DNA from: Candidatus Izemoplasma sp.
GTDB lineage: Bacteria; Bacillota_I; Bacilli_A; Izemoplasmatales; Izemoplasmataceae
Reading direction: 5' to 3'
Assembly (NCBI GenBank): GCA_007132465.1
Contig: SLOP01000018.1
Span: 2,017 to 66,016, forward strand
DNA: 64,000 nucleotides
Shown here: positions 9,477 to 18,988 of the stretch, piece by piece
Position numbering within the stretch: the stretch's first letter is position 1
Layout: every line of letters starts with the position of its first letter
Notes under the pieces: generated by a model
Told to the model about the DNA's origin: nothing
The model's database searches: none
What the model saw: the letters and a program-made list of their open reading frames with translations, nothing else
Made by a program: the position numbers and the translations under genes

Positions 9477-9544
9477 TTAGATAAACGTCCTTATTAAGCG
9501 CTAGAGAAGAGATGAAGAAACCCTTGTTTGCAAGATTTATAAAA

Positions 9545-9582
9545 AAGTGCGTTAACCATGCAAAAAAGGGCGAAGTGCGTTA
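9545..9582 (+). repeat. Two copies of AAGTGCGTTA spaced 28 nt apart in the pdhA upstream region
   Basis: Exact 10-nt direct repeat at 9545-9554 and 9573-9582. Each copy runs into a -10-like hexamer (TTAACC, TAGACT). Confidence 0.6.
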
Positions 9583-9659
9583 GACTGAAACTGTCCGAAG
9601 AGGATAGGTTTTTTTTCGAGAAAACCATTCAGAATAATCTCATATTAGGAGGAATCACC

Positions 9660-10748
9660 ATGATTCTAACCTCGTTCGACCCGCTTAAAAAAGAACGGTT
9701 CCAAGTGCTTGATAAAGACGGCAAAGTCGTCAACAAAGACTTTGAACCCTCAATCGACGACGGCACGTTAATCCATATGTACAAAACGATGTCGCTCGCC
9801 CGCGTTGCTGACATCAAAGCCTTGCAATACCAACGCCAAGGCCGGATGCTGACCTTCGCCCCGGTCATGGGTCAAGAAGCCGCACAAATCGGCCCGATGG
9901 CTGCGCTCACCGATAAAGACTGGCTCGTGCCAGCCTTCCGCGAAGCTGCCGCCATGTTATATAAAGGCGTTAAGCTCGAACAAGCCTACCTGTATTGGTA
10001 CGGCAACGAAGAGGGCTCGCGCTTTGACGACGGTGTGCGTGTGCTGCCAGTTAATGTGCCCATCGGCAGCCAAGTGAACCACGCCGCCGGCATTGCCTAT
10101 GCGGCAAAAATTCGCAAGCAAAAAGAAATCGCCCTCACCTACATCGGCGATGGCGGCACCAGCCACGGCGAGTTCCACGAAGGCATGAACTTTGCGGCTG
10201 TCTACGACGCACCGCTGATTACGATTGTTCAAAATAACCAATACGCCATCTCCACGCCGCGTCACAAACAAACGCGCAGTGAGACGATTGCCCAAAAGGC
10301 CATCGCTTACGGCATCCCCGGCATTCAAGTCGATGGCAACGACGTGCTCGCGATGTACGCCGTGGTAAAAGAAGCGCGTGAACGCGCATTAAACGGCGAA
10401 GGACCAACATTGATTGAAGCCTACACCTATCGACTTGGACCCCACACAACCAGCGACGACCCATCAATCTACCGCTCGGATGAAGAAGTCGAAGAATGGA
10501 AAACCAAAGACCCGCTTATCCGTTTTCGGAAGTATTTAACCAACCGCAAATTGTGGAACAAAGACAAAGAAGAAGCCCTTGAAAAAGAACACAAAGATTT
10601 CGTCACCAAAACGTTCAAAGACGTAGAAGCGTCCGGTCTTGTTAGCCTTGATGACGTGTTTGATTATACCTACGCCGAACTGACACCGGACCTCAAAAAA
10701 CAAAAAGCAGCGCACCAAGCCTACCTCAATGAAAGCGAGGGGAAATAA
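9660..10748 (+). CDS. pdhA: Pyruvate dehydrogenase E1 component alpha subunit
   Basis: TPP-binding block YIGDGGTSHGEFHEGMNFA and YRLGPHTTSDDPSIYR. Start trimmed to ATG 9660 (GGAGGAA RBS). Confidence 0.9.
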   Translation: MILTSFDPLKKERFQVLDKDGKVVNKDFEPSIDDGTLIHMYKTMSLARVADIKALQYQRQGRMLTFAPVMGQEAAQIGPMAALTDKDWLVPAFREAAAMLYKGVKLEQAYLYWYGNEEGSRFDDGVRVLPVNVPIGSQVNHAAGIAYAAKIRKQKEIALTYIGDGGTSHGEFHEGMNFAAVYDAPLITIVQNNQYAISTPRHKQTRSETIAQKAIAYGIPGIQVDGNDVLAMYAVVKEARERALNGEGPTLIEAYTYRLGPHTTSDDPSIYRSDEEVEEWKTKDPLIRFRKYLTNRKLWNKDKEEALEKEHKDFVTKTFKDVEASGLVSLDDVFDYTYAELTPDLKKQKAAHQAYLNESEGK

Positions 10749-10749
10749 C

Positions 10750-11733
10750 ATGGCAGAAATGACCTTATTGAAAGCCATCAACAACGCCATTGACCAACAA
10801 ATGGAAAACGACGACACCGTCGTCGTGTTCGGTGAAGATGCCGGCTTCGAAGGCGGCGTGTTCCGCGTGACCGCGGGACTGCAAAAAAAGTACGGCGAAG
10901 ATCGCGTCTTCGACACACCGATTGCTGAAGCTGCAATCATCGGCAGCGCCATCGGCATGGCCATCAACGGCCTCAAGCCCGTGGCGGAAATTCAGTTCTC
11001 CGGCTTTATGTTCCCGGGCTACAACCAAATCGTCACGCACATGGCACGGATGCGCAACCGCTCCCGCGGCAAATACGGCGTGCCGGCCGTTATCCGCATG
11101 CCTTACGGTGGTGGCGTGCGAGCGCTCGAACATCACTCCGAATCGCTTGAAACCTTGTTTGCGCACATTCCCGGGCTCAAGCTCGTCATCCCCTCAACGC
11201 CTTACGACGCCAAGGGCCTTATGATCGCAGCCATCAACGATCCTGACCCGGTCATTTTCATGGAGCCCAAACGCATCTATCGCGCCTTTAAACAAGACGT
11301 GCCCGAAGAAGCATACGAAGTGAAAATCGGCAAAGCTCGCGTCGTTAAAAAAGGCGAAGGGATGACGATTGTCAGCTGGGGCGCGATGATGCGCGAAACG
11401 CAAAAAGCGCTGAAATCCTTAGAAAACGAAAACCTTGATGTCGAGTTAATCGATCTAAGAACGATCGCGCCACTCGATTTTGAGACGGTCATCAACTCAG
11501 TCAAAAAAACCGGACGCTTGCTTGTGATCAGCGAACAAGTGAAAACTTTATCCATCGCCAGCGAACTGATCACCCGCGCCAACGAGGAAGCTTTCTTACA
11601 CCTTGAAGCGCCGCCGATGCGCGTCAACGGTCACGACATCACTGTGCCGTTGCCAAAAGGCGAACACCACCACATGGTCGATGAAAAACGCATCGCGCAT
11701 GCGATTAAAAAACTGGCAAACTACGAAGTGTGA
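10750..11733 (+). CDS. pdhB: Pyruvate dehydrogenase E1 component beta subunit
   Basis: N-terminus MAEMTLLKAINNAI..DDTVVVFGEDAG and FDTPIAEAAIIG are typical of E1 beta. Start trimmed to ATG 10750 (GAGGGG RBS). Confidence 0.9.
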   Translation: MAEMTLLKAINNAIDQQMENDDTVVVFGEDAGFEGGVFRVTAGLQKKYGEDRVFDTPIAEAAIIGSAIGMAINGLKPVAEIQFSGFMFPGYNQIVTHMARMRNRSRGKYGVPAVIRMPYGGGVRALEHHSESLETLFAHIPGLKLVIPSTPYDAKGLMIAAINDPDPVIFMEPKRIYRAFKQDVPEEAYEVKIGKARVVKKGEGMTIVSWGAMMRETQKALKSLENENLDVELIDLRTIAPLDFETVINSVKKTGRLLVISEQVKTLSIASELITRANEEAFLHLEAPPMRVNGHDITVPLPKGEHHHMVDEKRIAHAIKKLANYEV

Positions 11734-11744
11734 GGTGAAACCTA

Positions 11745-13082
11745 ATGGTAGATTTTAAATTTGCAGACATCGGTGAAGGCATTCACGAAGGCGTCATTTT
11801 AAAATGGCTCTTCGACGTCGGCGACAAGGTCGAAGAAGGCGACACCATCGTCGTCATTGAAACCGACAAAGTCAACGCCGAAATTCCCGCCCCCGAATCG
11901 GGCGTCCTCAAGAAAAAAGGCGCTGAGGTTGGGGAAACCATCCACGTTGGTGAAACCCTCGCCGTGATTGACGACGGCTCAGAAGAAACAAAGACTGAGT
12001 CGCCGGGCGAAGGCAAGAGAGAAGCCGACGAGACAACCGATGATGAAGACAAAGAAACTGAAAGCAAAAAAGACGAGAAAAAAAACGATGACGACGAAGG
12101 CGCAAGCGTGGTCGGCGCCATCGAAAGTTCCGATGAGGTCATGGAAGCGAGCAATGAACACGAAGAGGATGACGAGGAAAGCGAGAAAGCCGAGCGCGTC
12201 CTCGCCACCCCCGCCGCCCGCAAGATGGCCAAGGACCAGGGCGTCGACATCCGGGCGCTTTCAGGTTCCGGAGCAAGCGGACGCATCATGAAAGCAGACA
12301 TTCAGAAAGCTGCCGAAGGCGGAGGGGAGACCGGCGGGAAAACCGCCGCGGCGCAAACCTACGGCATGCCCAAGTTACGCGAAGAAAACACCCGCCGCGA
12401 GAAAATCAGCAAGCTGCGAAAAACCGTAGTCGAAGCAATGAACCGCTCCAACACCTTGATACCCGCCACAACCGTCATGGACGAGTTCGACGTCACCGAA
12501 CTCGTGCGCTTCCGCAAGGATGCCAAAGCGACCGCCGAGGCAAAGGACATCAAGTTGACCTACCTGCCCTTAATCATCAAAGCGGTGATTCAAACGCTGA
12601 AAGACTACCCTGTCTTTAACGCCAGTTTCGACCACGAAAACGAAGAAATCGTCTACAAAGATTATTACAACATCGGCATCGCCGTGGACACCGAAAAAGG
12701 GCTCATCGTGCCTAACATTAAAAACGCTGATCAACAGTCCATTTTCGATTTGGCCGAAGCCATTCAAACGTTGGCTGATAACGCCCGAAACGGCAAAACC
12801 AAAATCGACGATCTGCGCGACACCACGTTCTCCATCACCAACTACGGCGCGTTTGGTTCGAAACTGGGAACCCCGGTCATCAACCATCCTGAGGTGGCCA
12901 TCTTAGGTGCCGGTGCAATCACGAAAAAACCCGTGGTAATCAACGATGAAATCGTCATTCGCGACATGTTCCCTGTGTCCTTAACCATCGATCACCGCAT
13001 CATTGATGGCGGCGACGCCGGGCGCTTCATGGTCAGGTTAAAAGAGCGCCTTAGCAATCCAATCGCGCTGTTATTGAGTTAG
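11745..13082 (+). CDS. pdhC: Dihydrolipoamide acetyltransferase (E2) with a single lipoyl domain and a long charged linker
   Basis: Lipoyl-lysine motif ETDKVNAEIPAP, peripheral-subunit-binding domain (ATPAARKMAKDQGVDI) and catalytic DHRIIDG near the C-terminus. Confidence 0.9.
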   Translation: MVDFKFADIGEGIHEGVILKWLFDVGDKVEEGDTIVVIETDKVNAEIPAPESGVLKKKGAEVGETIHVGETLAVIDDGSEETKTESPGEGKREADETTDDEDKETESKKDEKKNDDDEGASVVGAIESSDEVMEASNEHEEDDEESEKAERVLATPAARKMAKDQGVDIRALSGSGASGRIMKADIQKAAEGGGETGGKTAAAQTYGMPKLREENTRREKISKLRKTVVEAMNRSNTLIPATTVMDEFDVTELVRFRKDAKATAEAKDIKLTYLPLIIKAVIQTLKDYPVFNASFDHENEEIVYKDYYNIGIAVDTEKGLIVPNIKNADQQSIFDLAEAIQTLADNARNGKTKIDDLRDTTFSITNYGAFGSKLGTPVINHPEVAILGAGAITKKPVVINDEIVIRDMFPVSLTIDHRIIDGGDAGRFMVRLKERLSNPIALLLS

Positions 13083-13092
13083 GAGGATCCCC

Positions 13093-14460
13093 ATGAAAAA
13101 ACACGATCTTGTGATTATTGGGAGTGGCCCGGGTGGGTACGTTGCCGCCATCAAAGCCGCTCAGCAAGGCCTCGACACCGCGTTAATCGAAAAAGAGGCC
13201 GTCGGTGGGGTCTGCCTTAACTGGGGGTGCATCCCGACCAAAGCGCTGCTGAAAAGCGCGAAAGCGTACCAAATCGTCCAACACGCCAAAGACTACGGTG
13301 TGAACGCCGGTGACGTCAGCCTCGATTTTGAGGCCGTGATGAAACGTAAAAACCAGGGCGTTAAAAAACTCACCGGCGGCGTCAAACACCTGCTGAAGAA
13401 GAACGGGGTGACGCTCTACACCGGCGAAGCCACCGTCAACGACGCCACCACCATTACCGTGGGCGATGACACCTTGAAAGCCAAATATCTTATCCTTGCC
13501 ACTGGCGCACGTCCTGCTGTGCCGCCAATTGACGGGCTAAAAGAAGGCCTTGAAAAGGGCTTTGTCAAAACCAGCAAAGAACTGCTCGCCATCGACAAAT
13601 TGCCGAAGAAACTCGCCGTCATTGGCGGCGGCATCATCGGCATGGAGTTTGCGACGATGTTTAACGCCTTTGGCGTCGAGGTGAACGTCATTGAACGTGA
13701 GAAAAACATGTTGCTCGGCGTTGACGATGAAATTCGCCAAGCGTTTCTGAAAAAACTCAAAAAAGATGGCGTGACGATGCAAACCGAAGCCAACGTGACG
13801 GCCGTCTCCAAAGAGGGGCTCACCTACACCAAGGATGATAAAGACCACACCGTCGAAGCCGACATGATTTTGCTGAGCGTTGGCATGCGCCCGAACGTCG
13901 AAAGTTTTGAGTCGTTGAAACTCGACATAGGCCAACATGGCGTAAAGACTGATGAATACATGCGCACCAGCGTGAAAAACGTGTATGCCATCGGCGACTT
14001 AAACGGTAAATATCAACTTGCCCACGTCGCCAGCAAAGAAGGCTTGGTGGCGGTGGATACCATTCTTGGCCATGAACACGCGATGAGTTATCGCGCTGTG
14101 CCATCAGGCATCTACACGTTCCCAGAAATCGCCCAAGTCGGCCTAACTGAAGCAGAAGCCAAGGATCAGAACATCGATTACAAAACCTCAACTTTTCCGC
14201 TGGCCGCCAACGGCAAAGCCATCGCCGAAGGCGAAACTGACGGTCTGGTGAAGATGATTGCCGAACGTAAATACGGCGAAGTCATCGGCGTGCATATCCT
14301 TGCGCCCACCGCCACCGACATGATTAGCGAAGCGGTGCTCGGCATGAACTTAGAAGCCACCGCCGAAGAATACGCCCGCGCCATTCATCCGCATCCGACC
14401 TTAAGTGAAACCCTTCACGAAACGGCGCTTGGCATCCTAGACAAACCCATCCACATCTAA
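13093..14460 (+). CDS. lpdA: Dihydrolipoyl dehydrogenase (E3)
   Basis: FAD motif GSGPGGY, redox disulfide GGVCLNWGCIPTK and C-terminal HPHPTLSE interface motif. Confidence 0.9.
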   Translation: MKKHDLVIIGSGPGGYVAAIKAAQQGLDTALIEKEAVGGVCLNWGCIPTKALLKSAKAYQIVQHAKDYGVNAGDVSLDFEAVMKRKNQGVKKLTGGVKHLLKKNGVTLYTGEATVNDATTITVGDDTLKAKYLILATGARPAVPPIDGLKEGLEKGFVKTSKELLAIDKLPKKLAVIGGGIIGMEFATMFNAFGVEVNVIEREKNMLLGVDDEIRQAFLKKLKKDGVTMQTEANVTAVSKEGLTYTKDDKDHTVEADMILLSVGMRPNVESFESLKLDIGQHGVKTDEYMRTSVKNVYAIGDLNGKYQLAHVASKEGLVAVDTILGHEHAMSYRAVPSGIYTFPEIAQVGLTEAEAKDQNIDYKTSTFPLAANGKAIAEGETDGLVKMIAERKYGEVIGVHILAPTATDMISEAVLGMNLEATAEEYARAIHPHPTLSETLHETALGILDKPIHI

Positions 14461-14464
14461 GCAC

Positions 14465-14492
14465 AACCCCGCCATGGCGGGGTTGATTTTTG
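14465..14492 (+). terminator. Rho-independent terminator of the pdh operon
   Basis: AACCCCGC-CATG-GCGGGGTT followed by GATTTTTG. Confidence 0.85.
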
Positions 14493-14534
14493 TTGGGCGT
14501 CTTTGTATAATGAAGGATGAAAGGTGGCGGTACG

Positions 14535-15188
14535 ATGATGAAATCACTGCGCATGGTACTGATGATAAGCCTTGTCTACACCCTCTCGGCATGCGCTTGG
14601 CTCATTCCCGATCCCCCACAGACGCTTGAGGAAATGACGGGCGTCATTCAGGGAGCGGACAGCTTCACCGTCATCGCCGATTTCGACCATGATGGGGAAA
14701 CCACGCACTATCGTTTAGAAGTTGAGCAAGACAACGTCTTTGTGCGACTGCTTCAGCAGACACAAGAGAACGTCATCACCGATTTCGAAATGGCCATGCG
14801 TTACGACGACGACAAAGCCGTGGTCTATGACCGGGTGCACGACATCGAGCGACATGAAACCGTTACCGCCGGGAGCGACCGGTACAACAACCTCCGCACC
14901 ACGCTTGAACGCTTTATGTTGACTGACATGCGCGAGTTGGACCACGCATGGTTTACACATGAGGGAGAAGCCTACGTGTTGCGTGATGTTCATCGCGCCG
15001 ACCTCGCGCGTGTGCTTGAAGGCCTGCTTGAACCGCAGGAAGCCGACGTGATGGGGGCGACCGCGACACTAGGCGAGGACATTTCGCTTCATCTAAACGT
15101 AACGCTTCAAATCGACGATGCCGTTGTCGACCTCCTGATTGAGGTGTCGGCAATCAACATGACCACCGTCATCGTGCCCGAAGAGTAA
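14535..15188 (+). CDS. Acidic lipoprotein, function unknown
   Basis: Signal peptide ending in the lipobox LSAC. RBS AAGGTGG precedes ATG 14535, and TGTATAAT lies upstream. Confidence 0.6.
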   Translation: MMKSLRMVLMISLVYTLSACAWLIPDPPQTLEEMTGVIQGADSFTVIADFDHDGETTHYRLEVEQDNVFVRLLQQTQENVITDFEMAMRYDDDKAVVYDRVHDIERHETVTAGSDRYNNLRTTLERFMLTDMRELDHAWFTHEGEAYVLRDVHRADLARVLEGLLEPQEADVMGATATLGEDISLHLNVTLQIDDAVVDLLIEVSAINMTTVIVPEE

Positions 15189-15210
15189 TGATGAATCGAA
15201 AAAATAATAA

Positions 15211-15245
15211 AAGAAGAATCCGATGCCTTGGCATCGGATTTTTCA
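15211..15245. terminator. Bidirectional terminator between the lipoprotein gene and lplJ
   Basis: AATCCGATGCC / GGCATCGGATT hairpin flanked by an A-run and a T-run, between convergent genes. Confidence 0.8.
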
Positions 15246-16238
15246 GTTGAAGAGGCAGTGGAGGATGTCGTCTAAGGAAATGTTGAAGAAGTACTCATCA
15301 AGCGGCTCGTTTTCGAGCGCTTTTTTAATGGCGTTTTCTTCGTAAGGAGTCCCGATGAGTTTAGCTTCGAACGGACTGATGTCTTTGGATCCGAGGAAGT
15401 CACCATACACCTTGAGTTTGTGGATGACGCCTTCGTGGACGTCGAACTTGAACTCAATTTTACCGCCAGGGTAACGTCCTGCTTTTTCGATTGAGAAATC
15501 GGGGCTTTCGCCGTAGTTCCAATTCCATGTATCATAGCGCATCGCGCGCAGTTCCCGAATCTGTTTGAGGTCTTCGTCAGTCAGCGTATAGACGTGCTTG
15601 GCAATGTCGTCCGTGCCCAGCAAATACTTAAGCAGACGCTCTTTAAACTCAATCATGGTGATTGGTTCTTTCAAGTAGGGTTTGATGTTGGTCACACGGG
15701 CACGGGTTGATTTGATGCCTTTGGACTTGATTTTATCCTGCTTGACGTTGAGCACGTCGGCGATGATTGAAAGATCGGCGTCAAACAAAATCGTCCCGTG
15801 ATGCAACATCCGGTTCTTGTGGAAGCTTTGGGCGTTGCCGCTGATTTTTTTGCTTTCGACGACGATGTCGTTGCGCCCGGCGAACTCAGCCGGCACGCCA
15901 AGGCTGTTAAGCGCTTTGATCACAGGATCGGTGAATTTGCGGTAGTTGTTTAAGTTGTCTTTCATGCCCGTCACAAACGAAAAGTTCAAGTTGCCAAGGT
16001 CGTGATAGACCGCACCACCACCAGTGATGCGGCGAACGACGTTGACGTCGTGGTCCTTAACGTAGGTTGCGTCGATCTCTTCAATGGTGTTTTGATTGCG
16101 CCCGATGATGACGCTGTTTTCGTTTTGCCAAAGCAGCACAAAATCCTCATCGGCCCCCAGATGCTTAAGGACATACTCCTCTAGGGCCAAGTTGAACCGT
16201 GGATCTTTTGAGTCGTTTAAAATGGTTTTCATGAACAC
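15243..16238 (-). CDS. lplJ: Lipoate-protein ligase
   Basis: Near-colinear resemblance to B. subtilis LplJ (NLALEEYVLKH, GRNQNTIEEID, RRITGGGAVYHDLGNLNFSF, GRNDIVV..KKISGNAQ, KGIKSTRARVTNI). Confidence 0.9.
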   Translation of the reverse strand: MFMKTILNDSKDPRFNLALEEYVLKHLGADEDFVLLWQNENSVIIGRNQNTIEEIDATYVKDHDVNVVRRITGGGAVYHDLGNLNFSFVTGMKDNLNNYRKFTDPVIKALNSLGVPAEFAGRNDIVVESKKISGNAQSFHKNRMLHHGTILFDADLSIIADVLNVKQDKIKSKGIKSTRARVTNIKPYLKEPITMIEFKERLLKYLLGTDDIAKHVYTLTDEDLKQIRELRAMRYDTWNWNYGESPDFSIEKAGRYPGGKIEFKFDVHEGVIHKLKVYGDFLGSKDISPFEAKLIGTPYEENAIKKALENEPLDEYFFNISLDDILHCLFN

Positions 16239-16375
16239 ACCTCATTTTTTGCGTTTTCTCAAGTCAAGTGTACCCGATAACACACATGGTGTCAATGAAA
16301 CTGCAAGGCTTATTTCAGGGATTTTCATGACTTTGTGGTACAATGAAAGTGTACGAAGACATGGGAGGAATACGC

Positions 16376-16906
16376 ATGAAAACCTGCCTCATTGTGGTGG
16401 ATTACCAAAACGATTTCGTCGACGGCGCCCTTGGCTTCGACGGCGCGGCACACATTGAAGCCCGCATCGCCGACACCATCGACCACGTTCGTCAGATGGG
16501 CGGAGACATCGTGTTCACGATGGACACCCACGACGACGACTACCTCACGACCGAAGAGGGGAAGAACTTGCCCGTCCCGCATTGCGTCAAAGGCACCATC
16601 GGTCATCAGCTTCGACCAAAAATCGCCGCCAAAAAGCACGATGAAGACGCGGTATTTGAAAAACCGACCTTTCCGTCTTTTGATGTGGCCGCTTACTTGA
16701 AAAAAGGCCAATATGACCTCGTCAAACTGGTCGGCTTGGTGTCCAACATTTGCGTCATCAGCAACGCCATCATGGCTAAAGCCGCCTTGCCGAATGCTAA
16801 GATTGTGGTTGACACCGCCGCGATTGCCAGCTTTGATGCCAACCTACATGAGAAGGCCCTTGACGTCATGGAAGGCCTACACATCCATCTAGAGAATCGA
16901 GGATAG
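16376..16906 (+). CDS. pncA: Nicotinamidase / isochorismatase-family cysteine hydrolase
   Basis: CLIVVDYQNDF, TMDTH and the catalytic-Cys block GLVSNICV. The gene lies immediately upstream of pncB. Start trimmed to ATG 16376 (GGAGGAA RBS). Confidence 0.8.
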   Translation: MKTCLIVVDYQNDFVDGALGFDGAAHIEARIADTIDHVRQMGGDIVFTMDTHDDDYLTTEEGKNLPVPHCVKGTIGHQLRPKIAAKKHDEDAVFEKPTFPSFDVAAYLKKGQYDLVKLVGLVSNICVISNAIMAKAALPNAKIVVDTAAIASFDANLHEKALDVMEGLHIHLENRG

Positions 16907-16908
16907 CC

Positions 16909-18369
16909 ATGGTTAAAATTAACGAGAGCATGCTCATTGACTTCTATGAGTTTACGATGGCGAACGGGTACTTTGAACATGGGTTCAAAGACCGCATTGT
17001 CTATTTTGACTTGTTTTTCCGCACCATTCCAAGCCGCGGCGGTTATGCCGTCATGGCCGGGTTGAAATCGGTGATTGACTACATTGAAAACCTGTCGTTT
17101 GACGATGAAGACGTGGCGTACTTGCGCAAACGAAAGCTTTTTGACGATGACTTTTTAACCTTCCTCAGCACCTTCCGCTTCACAGGGGACATCTATGCCC
17201 TCGAGGAAGGCACCGTCATCTTCCCAGGGGAACCCATTCTCACCGTGCGTGCCACCGCCATTGAAGCGCAACTCATTGAAACCTTTTTATTGGTGGCCAT
17301 CAACCACCAATCCTTGATTGCAACCAAAGCCAGCCGCCTTAAACACGCCGCCGGAAACCGGGTGTTAATCGAGATGGGTGCGCGCCGTGCCCACGGAGTT
17401 TCAAGCGCCAATTTGGGTGCTAGAGCTGCCTATATCGGCGGGGCAGACTTCACCTCGAACACGTATGCCGATCGGCACTTGAGCATCCCTGCCGCGGGCA
17501 CCATGGCCCATTCGTGGATTCAACTTTTTGACAGTGAACTCGACGCGTTCCGGGCGTATGCGAAAACCTACCCGTCAAGCACAACGTTTCTCGTCGACAC
17601 CTACGACACATTGAAAAGCGGCGTGCCCAACGCCATTAAGGTTATCAAAGAAGACCTAAAACCTAAAGGCATCAACAACGTCGCCATCCGCATCGATTCA
17701 GGGGACTTGACTTACCTTGCCAAATGCGCGCGTAAGATGCTGGATGAAGCGGGGCTTCCCGAGTGCAAAATCGTTGCCTCAAACGCCCTAGATGAGCACT
17801 TGATTAAGGCACTGATCGACCAGGGCGCCCCAATCGATGTGTTCGGTGTCGGTGAACGCTTGATCACCGCCAAAAGCGATCCCGTTTTCGGCGGTGTGTA
17901 TAAGTTGGTGGCGACCGAAGATGATGGCCGCGTGGTGCCGAAAATCAAAATCAGCGATAACCCTGCAAAAATCACCACGCCACACTTCAAAAAACTCTAC
18001 CGCATCTACGACAAGGACACCGGCAAAGCCCAGGCAGATTTGTTGACGGTGCACGATGAAACCATCGACACCACCAAACCGCTCACCATCTTCAACCCCG
18101 AACACACCTGGCAAACCACTACTTATGAGAACTACACGGTCAAAAACTTGCTGACACCCATCTTCAACCATGGCAAACGGGTTTACCCAGACAAAACTGT
18201 CGAGGAAGTTCGCGCACACTGCAAGGCACAACTCGACGCCTTGTGGCCGGAAATGAAACGCTTTGAACACCCGCACAAATACTACGTCGACCTCTCACAG
18301 AAACTATGGGACATCAAAATGGATTTAATCAACACGCATCGCAACCGAATTGCCACTCAAAACCAATGA
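16909..18369 (+). CDS. pncB: Nicotinate phosphoribosyltransferase
   Basis: 486 aa with LIDFYEFTMANGYF, EMGARRAH, AGTMAHSWIQ and IRIDSGDL blocks typical of NaPRTase. Confidence 0.9.
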   Translation: MVKINESMLIDFYEFTMANGYFEHGFKDRIVYFDLFFRTIPSRGGYAVMAGLKSVIDYIENLSFDDEDVAYLRKRKLFDDDFLTFLSTFRFTGDIYALEEGTVIFPGEPILTVRATAIEAQLIETFLLVAINHQSLIATKASRLKHAAGNRVLIEMGARRAHGVSSANLGARAAYIGGADFTSNTYADRHLSIPAAGTMAHSWIQLFDSELDAFRAYAKTYPSSTTFLVDTYDTLKSGVPNAIKVIKEDLKPKGINNVAIRIDSGDLTYLAKCARKMLDEAGLPECKIVASNALDEHLIKALIDQGAPIDVFGVGERLITAKSDPVFGGVYKLVATEDDGRVVPKIKISDNPAKITTPHFKKLYRIYDKDTGKAQADLLTVHDETIDTTKPLTIFNPEHTWQTTTYENYTVKNLLTPIFNHGKRVYPDKTVEEVRAHCKAQLDALWPEMKRFEHPHKYYVDLSQKLWDIKMDLINTHRNRIATQNQ

Positions 18370-18413
18370 ATGGTATACTGTAAACGAAGCGATTATGAAA
18401 GGGAGTGGGTTTT

Positions 18414-18911
18414 ATGCGCGTCACCTTTGGAAACAAAGACGTTGAATTGAAAGGGAAGCAGCTCAACCTCGGCGACCAAGCCGAAGATTTCCTCGCCATC
18501 ACCAACGACTTAAAGGAGAAACGACTTTCTGACTTTAATGCCGACATCATCGTCATATCGGTCGTGCCGAGTTTGGATACCGGCACCTGCGACCAGCAGA
18601 CCCGAACCTTCAACGAGCGCTTGAACGACATGAAAAAGGTCACCCTCATCACCATCTCTAACGACCTTCCCTTTGCCCAAAAACGGTGGTGTGGTAATGC
18701 AGGTCTCCAACAAGCCATCACACTATCTGACCATCAGTACCTCGATTTTGCCACCAAGTATGGCACCTTGATCGAAGAACATCGTCTGCAAACGCGGGCT
18801 GTGTTTGTGCTCGATAAGACGCGAACTGTCGTCTACAAAGAAATGGTTGACAACGTCAGCGAGTTACCGGATTTTGACGAAGTTGTCCATGCCGTTAACG
18901 AACTGAGCTAA
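18414..18911 (+). CDS. tpx: Thiol peroxidase
   Basis: Aligns with B. subtilis Tpx: VTF..K.VEL.G, peroxidatic Cys in SLDTGTCDQQTR and resolving Cys in PFAQKRWCG. The alternative GTG start at 18405 is possible. Confidence 0.9.
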   Translation: MRVTFGNKDVELKGKQLNLGDQAEDFLAITNDLKEKRLSDFNADIIVISVVPSLDTGTCDQQTRTFNERLNDMKKVTLITISNDLPFAQKRWCGNAGLQQAITLSDHQYLDFATKYGTLIEEHRLQTRAVFVLDKTRTVVYKEMVDNVSELPDFDEVVHAVNELS

Positions 18912-18916
18912 ACCTA

Positions 18917-18945
18917 AAGCGCCGAAAAAATCGGCGCTTTTTTTC
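18917..18945 (+). terminator. Rho-independent terminator after tpx
   Basis: AAGCGCCGA-AAAAA-TCGGCGCTT followed by TTTTTT. Confidence 0.85.
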
Positions 18946-18988
18946 TGGGGTCATGCTATAATATGGAAAACAAGAAGGAGGGGTTGCC

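Noticed and set aside
11783-12301. 172-aa Ser-rich ORF antisense to the pdhC linker region
   Set aside because: It is a mirror image of the GAA/GAC/AAA-rich linker codons, nested in a conserved E2 gene, with no RBS.
16280-16292. Imperfect palindrome ACACACATGGTGT between lplJ and pncA, considered as a possible NiaR-type operator for the NAD-salvage genes
   Set aside because: It is short and imperfect, I cannot recall the regulator consensus with enough certainty, and no niaR gene is in the window. It is not reported as a feature.
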